DNA from: Macrostomum lignano
Lineage: Eukaryota
Direction of reading: 5' to 3'
Assembly (NCBI GenBank): GCA_002269645.1
Contig: NIVC01000162.1
Coordinates: 186,001 to 250,000 of the forward strand
Length of the DNA stretch: 64,000 bases
In this document: piece by piece, positions 1 through 20,600 of the stretch
How the letters are laid out: each line of letters begins with the position of its first letter
Position numbering within the stretch: the stretch's first letter is position 1
Position numbers and translations under genes: made by a program
The notes under the pieces: generated by a model
What the model was told of the DNA's origin: nothing
What the model saw: the letters and a program-made list of their open reading frames with translations, nothing else
The model's database searches: none

Positions 1-89
1 TCGAATTCATGCAAATTTCAGAGGAAGATGCAGGTCTTTGCCCAGCCGAAATTCATGTCACACGCTTTGGTCGAGAGGTTTACCAGTTA

Positions 90-985
90 GACTGGCAGTT
101 TTACCCAATAAACTGGCAGTTTTACCCAATAGACTGGCAGCTTTACCCAACAGACTGGCAGTTTTACCCAACAGACTGGCAGTTTTACCCAACAGACTGG
201 CAGTTTTACCCAACAGACTGGCAGTTTTACCCAACAGACTGGCAGTTTTACCCAACAGACTGGCAGTTTTACCCAATAGACTGGCAGTTTTACCCAATAG
301 ACTGGCAGTTTTACCCAATAGACTGGCAGTTTTACCCAACAGACTGGCAGTTTTACCTAATAGACTGGCAGTTTTACCCAATAGATTGGCAGTTTTACCA
401 AATGGACTGGCAGTTTTACCCAATAGACTGGCAGTTTTACCCAATAGACTGGCAGTTTTACCCAATAACTGGCAGTTTTACCCTATAGACTGGCAGTTTT
501 ACCCAATGGACTGGCAGTTTTACCTAATAGACTGGCAGTTTTACCCAATAGACTGGCAGTTTTACCCAATGGACTGGCAGTTTTACCCAATGGACTGGCA
601 GTTTTACCTAATAGACTGGCAGTTTTACCCAATAGACTGGCAGTTTTACCCAACAGACTGGCAGTTTTACCCAACAGACTGGCAGTTTTACCCAACAGAC
701 TGGCAGTTTTACCCAATAGACTGGCAGTTTTACCCAATAGACTGGCAGTTTTACCCAACAGACTGGCAGTTTTACCCAACAGACTGGCAGTTTTACCCAA
801 TAGACTGGCAGTTTTACCCAATAGACTGGCAGTTTTACCCAATAGACTGGCAGTTTTACCCAACAGACTGGCAGTTTTACCCAACAGACTGGCAGTTTTA
901 CCCAACAGACTGGCAGTTTTACCCAACAGACTGGCAGTTTTACCTAATAGACTGGCAGTTTTACCTAATAGACTGGCAGTTTTAC
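90..985. repeat. 21-bp minisatellite (GACTGGCAGTTTTACCCAAYA)n, about 42 copies
   Basis: The tandem unit is directly visible and explains the DWQFYPT/LAVLPNR/GKTASLL ORFs. Confidence 0.97.
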
Positions 986-1179
986 TCTGACGAACTGATG
1001 AACTTTTGAGTGGTTGGCTAAACCTGCCACTTCTGACTTACTCTATCGATTTTCGCTGGCACTGACCCTGAGCCTAACCTGTACTCGCCTGCTCAATTTT
1101 GTACACTCCACCCATCCCATTCATTGTTGCTTGAGGCGCTCTCACACTCTCACAAGCCATAAATTTTTCACAGCATCCA

Positions 1180-1515
1180 CCACCCTCTCCGGTGTTGAGA
1201 ATGCAACAGCACTTCATCTGTGAATGCCCCGCCTTTCCTGAGGACAAGGCTCACCTACCTCCGCCCAAACCCGGACCTCTCCAACGTTTTCAGGCCACCT
1301 CGTCCGCTACCTGAGGGCTACCGGGCGAGCGACCACCCACCTCCTTGACTCTCCGGAAGGGGGCCCGCGCTGTGGACACCGGCACCACTGGATCACCCTT
1401 CGCGGCACCGCAACCACAAGCTCTGTGGTCGCCAGGGGTTAGCGGAATTGGTGACAACGCCTTCCCGCTGTATCCGGATGCCCGAAGCCCCCTGCAGCTG
1501 AGTCAAGTAAGTCAC
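1180..1515 (+). mobile_element. Degenerate 3' remnant of a non-LTR retrotransposon (ORF2 C-terminus plus 3'UTR)
   Basis: Frameshifted pieces [23 protein letters not shown] and [10 protein letters not shown] resemble the H-x4-C knuckle and the terminal L..YL..TGR of LINE ORF2. It ends in AGTCAAGTAAGTCA, a possible short tail. Confidence 0.4.
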
Positions 1516-1519
1516 CAGC

Positions 1520-1950
1520 TCACAGCACCCACCACCCCACAGAACCCCTCACCCCACAGCACCCACCACCCCACAGCACCCACCACCCCACAGAACCCCT
1601 CACCCCACAGCACCCACCACCCACAGCGCCCACCACCCCACAGCACCCACCACCCCACAGCACCCACCACCCCACAGCGCCCACCACCAACAGCATCCAC
1701 CACCCAACAGCGCCCACCACCCCACAGCACCCACCACCCCACAGCACCCACCACCCCACAGCGCCCACCACCAACAGCATCCACCACCCAACAGCACCCA
1801 CCACCCCACAGCACCCACCACCCCACAGCACCCATCACCCCACAGCACCCACCGCCATACATAGGAGCCACAACGCCACAGAACCCCAACCACCCCAAAG
1901 CACCCACCACTCATAGCACCGACACAACCGTCACATAACACACAGCACCC
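1520..1950. repeat. C/A-rich diverged minisatellite (CACAGCACCCACCACCC)n
   Basis: Tandem 16-17-bp units plus longer composite units. Confidence 0.9.
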
Positions 1951-1959
1951 ACCACTTAC

Positions 1960-3074
1960 CGCCATATTTGTACAATATAAGATAGCGAATGGCGTCGGAT
2001 CGTTGAATTTTGTGCGGGAAAGATTCAAACACTTTCATATGGGAGGAAAAGTGCTTCTGCATGAAGGCTTTAATAGCTTGGTCAGTCCACAGCACCACCT
2101 GCCAGTCGGGGTTCTTGGTCACGCAGGTCTGCAGCGCCTCTCTGTAAGGCGCTAAAACATTGGCATCGCGATAGACAAAATGAATTATTTTTGGCACTCC
2201 GGCGGGGGTCCGCGGTATCTTAGTTTCCGCCGCTGGCTTTGATATCAGTACCAGCGTCGTAACGTTGTATCTGGTAGCGTTGCCGCCACCTCGGCCGCCG
2301 TCTTGACCCGCCTTATCAGCATTGATCAGTCTGTTCTCAAAGAGTCGATACGAATTGCCAAATGATTTTGCGCTGAATTTGTTGCTGACAAAGACCAGGC
2401 CAATTAGTGTGAGCACCGATAGAGTTGTTAGGATCTGTCAGGGGTTAAAATTTGGCACGAATTAATTTGTGGCTGAATGACATTCTGACACTCACTATGG
2501 CCTTCTGACACTCACTATGGCCTTCTGACACTCACTATGGCCTTCTGACACTCACTATGGCCTTTTGACACACACTCTGACCTTCTGGCACTTAATCAAC
2601 CTTCTGACACTCACTCTGACACCTTCTGACACTCACTCTGACACCTTTTGACACTCACTCTGACCTTCTGACACTCACTCTGACCTTCTGACACTCACTC
2701 TGACCCTCTGACACTTACTCCAAGCTTCTGACTCTCACTCAACTTTCTGACACTTACTCAACCTTCTGACAGTCACTTTGGCCTTCTGACACTCACTCTG
2801 ACCCTCTGACACTTACTCCAAGCTTCTGACTCTCACTCAACTTTCTGACACTTAATCAACCTTCTGACACTCACTCTGACACCTTCTGACACTTATTCTG
2901 ACCTTCTGACACTCACTCTGACCTTCTGACACTCACTCTGACCTCCCGACACTCACTCTGACCTTCTGACACTTCATTGTTTACTATAACTCGCATCTTT
3001 GCTGATTTCTAACCAAACAAGATCGTACAAGTGCAGAATGTAGAGGGAAAATAAAACTTTACCTTTCTCTTCAT
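1960..3074 (-). CDS. Partial (5' part) type II membrane glycosyltransferase, GT32/Gly_transf_sug, SUR1/CSH1-like; exons 3074-3063 and 2434-1960
   Basis: ATG AAG AGA AAG|gtaaag splices in phase 0 to cag|ATC CTA. This gives MKRK + TM ILTTLSVLTLIGLVFV, a stem, then KIPRTPAGVPKIIHFVY...NPDWQVVLWTDQ...IQRSDAIRYLILYKYG|gtaagt. The DxD-bearing next exon was not found in the window. Confidence 0.85.
2483..2980. repeat. About 21-23-bp minisatellite (CCTTCTGACACTCACTCTGA)n in the intron of the glycosyltransferase gene
   Basis: Visible diverged tandem array. Confidence 0.9.
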
Positions 3075-3437
3075 CTGACAGATGCACAGGTTTTTTGTTA
3101 ACCCTATCTTGTTGAGCTGAAGAATTATTATTGATCGCTCGCTTTGTTCAGTCTGATGCTGCTGCTTCACAGAGAGGGGGCAAAGCAGTTTCTCATTTTA
3201 TCTAGATATGCAAACTGCTGCCTGTTTGTCGTCTGGGGGAGGAAGGGGTGGCCCGCATTGCCTGCCTGCCTTAAGCCTGCACGCGATTGTTTGGACAGGG
3301 GCTTGGAAACTAAGCCAGCCCAGTTCTACACCTCACTCCAAGCCAGCCCGGCCAAGGACATCTAGGACTGCATCTGGATTGGAAGCTGTTACGGTGGACC
3401 CTGCCTAAAACTAAAGAAAGTTTGCCTGTACTGAATT

Positions 3438-5612
3438 GTCTGATCTGAATGAGAGTTTGCCTGTACTGAAGTCTGATCTCAATGAGAGTTTGCCTGTAGT
3501 GAAGTCTGGTCTGAATGAGAGTTTGCCTGTACTGAAGTCTGATCTGAATGAGAGTTTGCCTGTACTGAAGTCTGCTCTGAATGAGAGTTTGCCTGTACTG
3601 AAGTCTGATCTGAATGAGAGTTTGTCTGTACTGAAGTCTGATCTGAATGAGAGTTTGTCTGTACTGAAGTCTGATCTGAATGAGAGTTTGCCTGTACTGA
3701 AGTCTGATCTGAATGAGAGTTTGCCTGTACTGAAGTCTGCTCTGAATGAGAGTTTGTCTGTACTGAAGTCTGCTCTGAATGAGAGTTTGCCTGTACTGAA
3801 GTCTGATCTGAATGAGAGTTTGCCTGTACTGAAGTCTGCTCTGAATGAGAGTTTGCCTGTACTGAAGTCTGATCTGAATGAGAGTTTGTCTGTACTGAAG
3901 TCTGATCTGAATGAGAGTTTGTCTGTACTGAAGTCTGATCTGAATGAGAGTTTGCCTGTACTGAAGTCTGATCTGAGTGAGAGTTTGCCTGTACTGAAGT
4001 CTGCTCTGAATGAGAGTTTGTCTGTACTGAAGTCTGCTCTGAATGAGAGTTTGCCTGTACTGAAGTCTGATCTGAATGAGAGTTTGCCTGTACTGAAGTC
4101 TGATCTGAGTGAGTTTGCCTGTACTGAAGTCTGATCTGAATGAGAGTTTGCCTGTACTGAAGTCTGATCTGAATGAGAGTTTGCCTGTACTGAAGTCTGA
4201 TCTGAATGAGAGTTTGCCTGTACTGAAGTCTGATCTGAATGAGAGTTTGCCTGTACTGAAGTCTGCTCTGAATGAGAGTTTGCCTGTACTGAAGTCTGAT
4301 CTGAGTGAGAGTTTGCCTGTACTGAAGTCTGATCTGAATGAGAGTTTGCCTGTACTGAAGTCTGCTCTGAATGAGAGTTTGCCTGTACTGAAGTCTGATC
4401 TGAGTGAGAGTTTGCCTGTACTGAAGTCTGATCTGAATGAGAGTTTGCCTGTACTGAAGTCTGATCTGAATGAGAGTTTGCCTGTACTGAAGTCTGATCT
4501 GAATGAGAGTTTGCCTGTACTGAAGTCTGCTCTGAATGAGAGTTTGCCTGTACTGAAGTCTGATCTGAATGAGAGTTTGTCTGTACTGAAGTCTGATCTG
4601 AATGAGAGTTTGCCTGTACTGAAGTCTGATCTGAATGAGAGTTTGCCTGTACTGAAGTCTGCTCTGAATGAGAGTTTGTCTGTACTGAAGTCTGATCTGA
4701 ATGAGAGTTTGCCTGTACTGAAGTCTGATCTGAATGAGAGTTTGCCTGTACTGAAGTCTGATCTGAATGAGAGTTTGCCTGTACTGAAGTCTGATCTGAA
4801 TGAGAGTTTGCCTGTACTGAAGTCTGCTCTGAATGAGAGTTTGCCTGTACTGAAGTCTGATCTGAGTGAGAGTTTGCCTGTACTGAAGTCTGATCTGAAT
4901 GAGAGTTTGCCTGTACTGAAGTCTGCTCTGAATGAGAGTTTGCCTGTACTGAAGTCTGATCTGAGTGAGAGTTTGCCTGTACTGAAGTCTGATCTGAATG
5001 AGAGTTTGCCTGTACTGAAGTCTGATCTGAATGAGAGTTTGCCTGTACTGAAGTCTGATCTGAATGAGAGTTTGCCTGTACTGAAGTCTGCTCTGAATGA
5101 GAGTTTGCCTGTACTGAAGTCTGATCTGAATGAGAGTTTGTCTGTACTGAAGTCTGATCTGAATGAGAGTTTGCCTGTACTGAAGTCTGATCTGAATGAG
5201 AGTTTGCCTGTACTGAAGTCTGCTCTGAATGAGAGTTTGTCTGTACTGAAGTCTGATCTGAATGAGAGTTTGCCTGTACTGAAGTCTGATCTGAATGAGA
5301 GTTTGCCTGTACTGAAGTCTGATCTGAGTGAGAGTTTGCCTGTACTGAAGTCTGATCTGAATGAGAGTTTGCCTGTACTGAAGTCTGATCTGAATGAGAG
5401 TTTGCCTGTACTGAAGTCTGCTCTGAATGAGAGTTTGCCTGTACTGAAGTCTGATCTGAATGAGAGTTTGCCTGTACTGAAGTCTGATCTGAGTGAGAGT
5501 TTGCCTGTACTGAAGTCTGATCTGAATGAGAGTTTGCCTGTACTGAAGTCTGATCTGAGTGAGAGTTTGCCTGTACTGAAGTCTGATCTGAATGAGAGTT
5601 TGCCTGTACTGA
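3438..5612. repeat. 33-bp minisatellite (TCTGATCTGAATGAGAGTTTGCCTGTACTGAAG)n, about 66 copies
   Basis: Near-perfect tandem array. The 751-aa and 503-aa ORFs are simply its translations. Confidence 0.98.
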
Positions 5613-7334
5613 ATCTATAAAGACCCTATTATTATCCTCAATTAGTCCATCGGCCAGCATGCTCAATCCAGAGTTCAGCTTCCAGACCGCCTTGGCTGTA
5701 TGCTTTGCCGCCCGCCCCCTCTCTCTCTCTCTGTGCCCCTCGCCGTGCTCAATGCTGAACTACAATGCGCTAGCCCACCCCTACTCACTGAGCTGTGTCC
5801 ATAGGGAGAGAATGGAAGGAGGGGTGAGGCGGGAGAGAAGGGAAGATTTAGGGGGAAGGAGAGAAATGAGGTGGAGCTGTCTGCATGCGAGGAGAGAGGC
5901 CTGTGCAGAAAATTCACTCATCGGCTGCTCAGTAGCCTTCAGCTGCGAAGCAGCTGTTTCCGCAATCGGTTTGAATTAAAAGCAAAACGTAAAGTTTCAA
6001 GGAGGGAAAAAGGCAGTTTCATGATTGTCATGCACGAGTTTTAAGCAGTCGGTGATCGTTGGCTCGTTGGATACTCGTTGGATCGTTGGATCGTTAGATA
6101 CTCGTTGGCTCCAGATGCACCCAGAGGTCTGGTTGACCGTCCTCTTGTCTTCTGGCCTGCGTTGGCGCGCTGTAGCGCTGAGAACCGTCGACGACTCAAA
6201 CTATTGTCCTGCAACAGTACAAGTAACTTGAGCTCCTTTTCCAAAATGATGTTCCCATGATTCGCGTACTCTACCAGAAATGGATGAACTGCTAAAAGAG
6301 CATTCTCATTCTCTTGTGCTTTGTATCTCAGGACGAAATTAAAGGAAAACGCGTTTATGAGGTGGAATTTTCGAGATCCTGGTATTTGTCTTCCTAACAA
6401 GTCAATCATCGTTAGGAGTACCGTCCTACCCCTGGATCCCAGGAGCCGAGTTGCTTCCAACTTCCAAGAGAGCGTCGTCAATGTTGGCAAGGCTATGAAA
6501 GGCGTGATTACTGAGGAGATGTCGCTGATGTTGCAACGGAGGCGCGCATGCTGAAGCGAGTGGATCATCAAATTTTTACTCAATGTTGACAGCAGCATCA
6601 TAAAATTCTGGCTTCAAGTGAGAGCTTTGGATTAACTGGCTCTTGCATCAATTTGCTTGCCGCGTTGTAAGAGCGTCAGGTATGTCAGAGCGTCTCCTCA
6701 AGCTGTTGACCTCAAATCTGTTCGAGTTCTGGTTCAGTACGACAAGCAAGAGCCAGCTGTGTATTAGTACACTCCACTAGTTCTTTTCGAATAAAAGCCT
6801 CTTAATGTCAAATGGAGGTATCTTCAGTGAAAATGGAAACACTCATCATGGAAACGTGGATAAAGTTTCGGTGCAAAGCATGTATCAATTTCGAAAAGCG
6901 AAAAGCTATTTCGTTGCATTAAAACAAAATACGCCGCACCGACTAGGAACAAAAAGGACAGTCTTGGGTGCGCAATTTTTCTATCACTTGACGCGACTCG
7001 AGGGAGGGGTGTTTAAAGGCAATTTCGCATTCATGGAAAGATAATTTCAACTACTAAATATTTTTACGAATGTGGCTGGCTGGCCCTAACTCTGCTGTAT
7101 TTTGCTTTTTTTCTATTGCTTGTACTCTAGATATTACAACACTTTTTTAATCAATCGCAATTCAAACACAGCAATTTTGCTTCAAATACTCGTTGCATCA
7201 TGATGCTGATAATTATTATATTAAGCTCGCTCTGTATTTTCAGGTAATTTTCAGGTTAATTACGCTCGTATTTTGTTGGTTGGAGTTACGGTGGGCTGAG
7301 AAGGCTTTTGACTGTGCAGATGAAGGTCATTGGG

Positions 7335-7625
7335 CAATAGGGTGGCGGGGCAATGGGGTGGTGGGGCAATGGGGTGGTGGGGCAATGGGGTGGTGGGGCA
7401 ATGGGGTGGCGGGGCAATGGGGTGGTGGGGCAATGGGGTGGTGGGCAATGGGGTGGTGGGGCAATGGGGTGGTGGAGCAATGGGGTGGTGGAACAATGGG
7501 GTGGTGGGGCAATGTGGTGGTGGGGCAATGGGTAGTGGGGCAATATGGTGGTGTTGGTATATGCGTCGTTTGGTGTCGGTGAAACGGGGTGACGAGCCAA
7601 TGGGTGTTGGGGCAATGGGGTGGTG
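7335..7625. repeat. 16-bp G-rich minisatellite (GGGGCAATGGGGTGGT)n
   Basis: Visible tandem array with G4 runs. Confidence 0.93.
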
Positions 7626-7759
7626 CAACTACAAGCGTAAGCATCGAACAGCTGTAAATTAATGTTTTTCCCGTTTCCGAAAAATCACTCCGACGGCATC
7701 CACCGTTGAGATTCTTGACGCGCTAACATATATAGACAGCAAGAAGTCAGTCTTGCAGG

Positions 7760-16462
<8,703 letters not shown>

Positions 16463-17061
16463 TTGCCTTCTCGGCCCTGTTAGCTGTCTGATTTCGAGTT
16501 TAGATTTAGAAGAGTATTGCATTCCTGGTTCGCCAGAAACTCCATATATCTGAGCTGCTCTGGCCAGGGTTGGACACGATAACAGGCGCAGACAGGGCAG
16601 CGTACAGTGCCAGGGACAGAAAAGGGCTCTGCACTGGCCTCACTGCGAGTAATTATGTACTTTGGAATCGACACATGAGCGAATGAGGCGTACATATTTC
16701 CCCCCTCTCCCATCTCCCTCTCACCCTGTCCACATGTGTGCAGCTTGTGCAGTGCTAGAATTGCATTACTCGTAATAAATGACTGACATTCAATTTCTTT
16801 GAACGCTAATATTTGTTTTATTCTTCGCCGGTGTTTGTCTCTGCAAGTGTTTAACTGATGTTAATCTGCTAACTAGAATTTTAAACTAACTGCCAAACAG
16901 TTGACCTGAGATGAACTTTCCGTTTTGATTGAAGCAACTGGGTTGCGCGAGGGGGCTGGATTAATTTCAAGTTTATTTAACCATTGCTTCATTCATTCAT
17001 TCATTCGTCAGCTGGTCAGTGGCAGTCTGATAGAATGGTGACTGCTCTCGAGCTTTCTCTG

Positions 17062-17322
17062 GGAGAGAGAGATGGGAGAGAGGGAGATGGGAGAGAGGGA
17101 GATGGGAAAGAGGGAGATGGGAGAGAGGGAGACGGGAGAGAGGGAGACGGGAGAGAGAGAGAGGGGAGAGAGGGAGAGGGGGGAGAGAGGGAGACGGGAG
17201 AGAGGGAGACGGGAGAGAGGGAGACGGGAGAGAGGGAGACGGGAGAGAGGGAGATGAGAGAAAGAGGGAGACGGGAGAGAGGGAGACGGGAGAGAGGGAG
17301 ACGGGAGAGAGGGAGAGGGGGG
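17062..17322. repeat. 15-bp polypurine minisatellite (GGGAGAGAGGGAGAY)n, left flank of the Gypsy insertion
   Basis: Directly visible; reverse complement of the 15435-16270 unit. Confidence 0.95.
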
Positions 17323-17491
17323 TGTTGTGTAGTTGGTTTGCAGATATGTACATATGCTATGTACATCTGTTTTCCGATATTGATCTGTCGCAGCTAAATG
17401 AATATATAAGTATAAATATACCAGTCGGTAGGCCAACTTGGGCTAAGTTCGTGTGTACCCCTAAATTCAGTCTGACTTTCTCAACACAACA
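17323..17491 (+). repeat. 5' LTR
   Basis: Direct repeat of 21860-22028 with an 8-bp terminal inverted repeat. Confidence 0.97.
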
Positions 17492-17631
17492 TTGGCGTCG
17501 CAAGCTAGGCCAACCCCCCCCACAATTTGGGGTTTTGACTTTTCACTAACAAGTTGAGTGCCAGCCCAGCCTAAAAGGCCGCCACTGCGAAGTAAACAAG
17601 CGACAAACAGCAAAAGTACACAGTGCTCAGA

Positions 17632-20600
17632 ATGTCCCAGTCAACGACAGCTCCTAGCACATCGGAGGTGCCAAGGATCAACATCTCGCCACCAGAGCAA
17701 TTCCTGCCTCAACCGGGACCGCCAACGAGGCCGTGGAATGAGTGGAAGAGCCTGTTTGACAACTACTTAATGGCGGCGGGCTTGGACACTCTACCAGACG
17801 TGAGAAAGCGAGCCCTGCTTCTGCACTGCCTGGGTGCGGAAGGACAGCGGATCTTCGCAGCGATGCAGCCACCGCCATCTCAGAATTCGGATGGTGAACA
17901 GACACCGCTGGGATTCGACGAGACCGTGAAGCTGCTGAAGGAGCAGTTTGGTGGCAAGACCAACGTGGTGGCGGAGCGCCACAGGTTTCGGCAGCGAGGG
18001 CAGCGACCCGGTGAGAAAATCGCTGACTTTGTGGCAGCGCTGTACACGCTGGCCGGCTCGTGCGAGTTCGGCGGCATGACGGACGAGATGATTCGCGACC
18101 AGATCGTGGAGAAGGTCAGCGACAGGCGGATCAGAGAGCGCCTGCTCATCGAGGACGGCCTGACGCTCAAGACGGCGGTGACGCTGAGTCAGCAGTGGGA
18201 GACCAGCATCGCGGAAGCCAGTGCGATCGAGACTGGCGGCGCAGTTGCCATGGCAAGCCGAGGCGAGGCGGAGGTGAACAAGGTGCAACATCAGTTCGGA
18301 AAGTCCAGAGCTCAAGAACGGGCGGCTGCCGGGCGAGAGTCCTGTCCGAACTGCGGAGGCGGCCACAACAGGCGAGCGCGATGTCCTGCTGAAGGCAAGT
18401 CCTGTTATGCCTGTGGCAAGCAGAACCATTTTGGCAGGATGTGCAGGTCGCAGGGCACTAAGGTGGCCGAGGTCGGAGACGAGAGCAGCCGCGAGGTGTT
18501 CACCGTACGTGGCACGGCCAGTCCCGACATCAGGTGCCGGCTGAAGGTCCAGGGCAGCTGGCTGAGCCTGCTGGTCGACTCGGGCGCGAAAGTGTCCATT
18601 CTATCGGAGAGGACCTACCGGAGGCTCGGGTCCAAGGCGCCGCTGCAGCCATCCAACAGGAAGCTCATCGCGTACAACGGCAAGGCTATCGACGTGCTGG
18701 GACAGGCGGTGCTGTCGGTCAACTACCGCGGGCAGAGTGTGCCGTTCTTCTGCTTCACAGTAGTGCAGCAGGGATCCGACATCATGGGCACCGATCTGAT
18801 GCAGAAGCTCAGCTTCCAAGTGGTGGACCGGGACGGCGACCTGGTGCGCACCGTGGACAAGACCAGGCAGCTGCCGGCTTGGCTGCCAGACCGCTTCGAG
18901 CAGCTGACGCGAGGACTCGGCCGGATTCGAGGGTTCGAGCACAGGCCCCGAGTGAACCCCGCAGTGCCTCCAGTGGCGCAGCCTCTCCGCCGGACGCCGC
19001 TCAGCCTCAAGGAGAAGGTCCAAGCTGAGATCGATCAGCTTCTAGCGGACGGGATCGTCGAGGAGATTCAGGCATCCGAGTGGATTTCGAATCTGGTGGT
19101 CGTCCCAAAGCCTGACGGTAAGATCCGAATCTGCAATGACCTCAGGTGCCCCAACAAGGCAATTGTGCCGGACAAGCAGCCTCTGCCGACATTCGAGGAG
19201 CTGACGACGGAGTTCAAGGGCTCGACGCTTTTCTCAAAACTAGATCTGAACTCATCGTATCTGCAGCTCGAGCTCGCCGAGGACAGACGCGATATGACGG
19301 CCTTCATCACGGAGAAGGGTCTCTATCGGTACAAGCGGGTTTGTTTCGGTCTCAACAGCGCTCCGGCAGCTTTCCAGAAGGTGCTGAGCAAGATTCTGCA
19401 CGGCTGTTCAGGAACGGTGCACTACATCGACGACATAGTCGTGCACGCTGCCAGTGAGGCTGAGCATCACAAGCGACTCACTGCGGTGCTCGACAAGCTG
19501 CTGGCCCACGGCGTCACTCTGAACGCAGGCAAGTGCCAGTGGGCTGCTGAGTCTGTGCAGTTCCTGGGCTACATCGTCTCTGCAAGCGGCCTGCGACCGA
19601 TGCAGTCAAACGTGGACGCTATCGAGCAGGTGCCGGAGCCGAAGAGCGCTGAGGCGGTGGCGGCATTCCTTGGAATGGTGAAATTTTACGCGAACTTTCT
19701 TCAAAACCTGTCGGATGTCGCCGAGCCGCTGCTGAGGCTGCTGAGGAAAGACGTGCCCTGGGACTGGTCCGCAGACTGCCAGAAGGCCTTCACAACGCTC
19801 AAGAAGATGGTGCTGGCGCCGACCTGTCTGAGGTTCTTCAGCCCGGATGAGAAGATCATCGTTGCCTGCGACAGCTCGGCGCACGCTCTGGGCGCCGTTC
19901 TGCTTCAAGAAGACGGCGCCGGCGTCCGGAGACCAGTCGCGTTTGCGTCCAGAACCCTGTCAGCGACTGAGCGCAAGTACTCCGCGTCTGAAAGAGAGGC
20001 ATTGGCATGCATCTTCGCCTGTGAGAGGTGGCACTATTTCCTGTTCGGCCGAAGATTCGAGCTGCACACGGACCATCAGGCGCTGACTACGTTGCTGACG
20101 GCTCAGGGCAGCGGCCACCGGCCATTGAGACTGCACCGGTGGGCCGACCGCCTGCTCGCGTACGACTTCCAGGTCTGCCACGTTCCGGGGAAAAAGAACA
20201 TCGTTCCGGACTTTTTGTCGCGACACGGCGCCCGCAACGACAGCATCGAGGAGGACCCGGCGGAGCTCCAAGTGAACGCCGTCCTGCTGTCTGGCGCGCT
20301 GCAGATCGTGAGCCCAAGCGAACTGGCTGAGGCATCTCTACAGGACCCGGTGATCAGCCAGGCGATCGAGATGACGCTGGAGGGCTGGCCGAGTTCCATC
20401 AAGCAGTTGAGGCCGGAGCTGCAGCCGTTCTGGCGGATCAAGGAGCAGCTCACAGTCTGGAATGAAGGCAAGTGCCTGGCGAATGGGTTGCGCGCGGTGA
20501 TCCCCGCGTCGTTGAGAGAGAAGACGCTGCAGCTGGCGCACTTTGGGCACCTCGGAGTGAGCAGAATGAAGCAGCACTGCCGGGACTCGGTCTGGTGGCC

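Noticed and set aside
1010-1500. Second (DxD) exon of the glycosyltransferase
   Set aside because: The phase-1 acceptor near 1490 gives GGFGHPD rather than G(I/V)YxDxD, so the exon probably lies outside the window.
3411-5666. 751-aa and 503-aa repeat ORFs (SDQTSVQANSH / SDLNESLPVLK)
   Set aside because: These are translations of a 33-bp DNA minisatellite that is open in several frames on both strands. Variation is at the DNA level, with no signal peptide or unique domain.
6041-6760. 186-aa and 77-aa ORFs, possible decayed transposon
   Set aside because: No recognisable motif in any frame and no termini identified.
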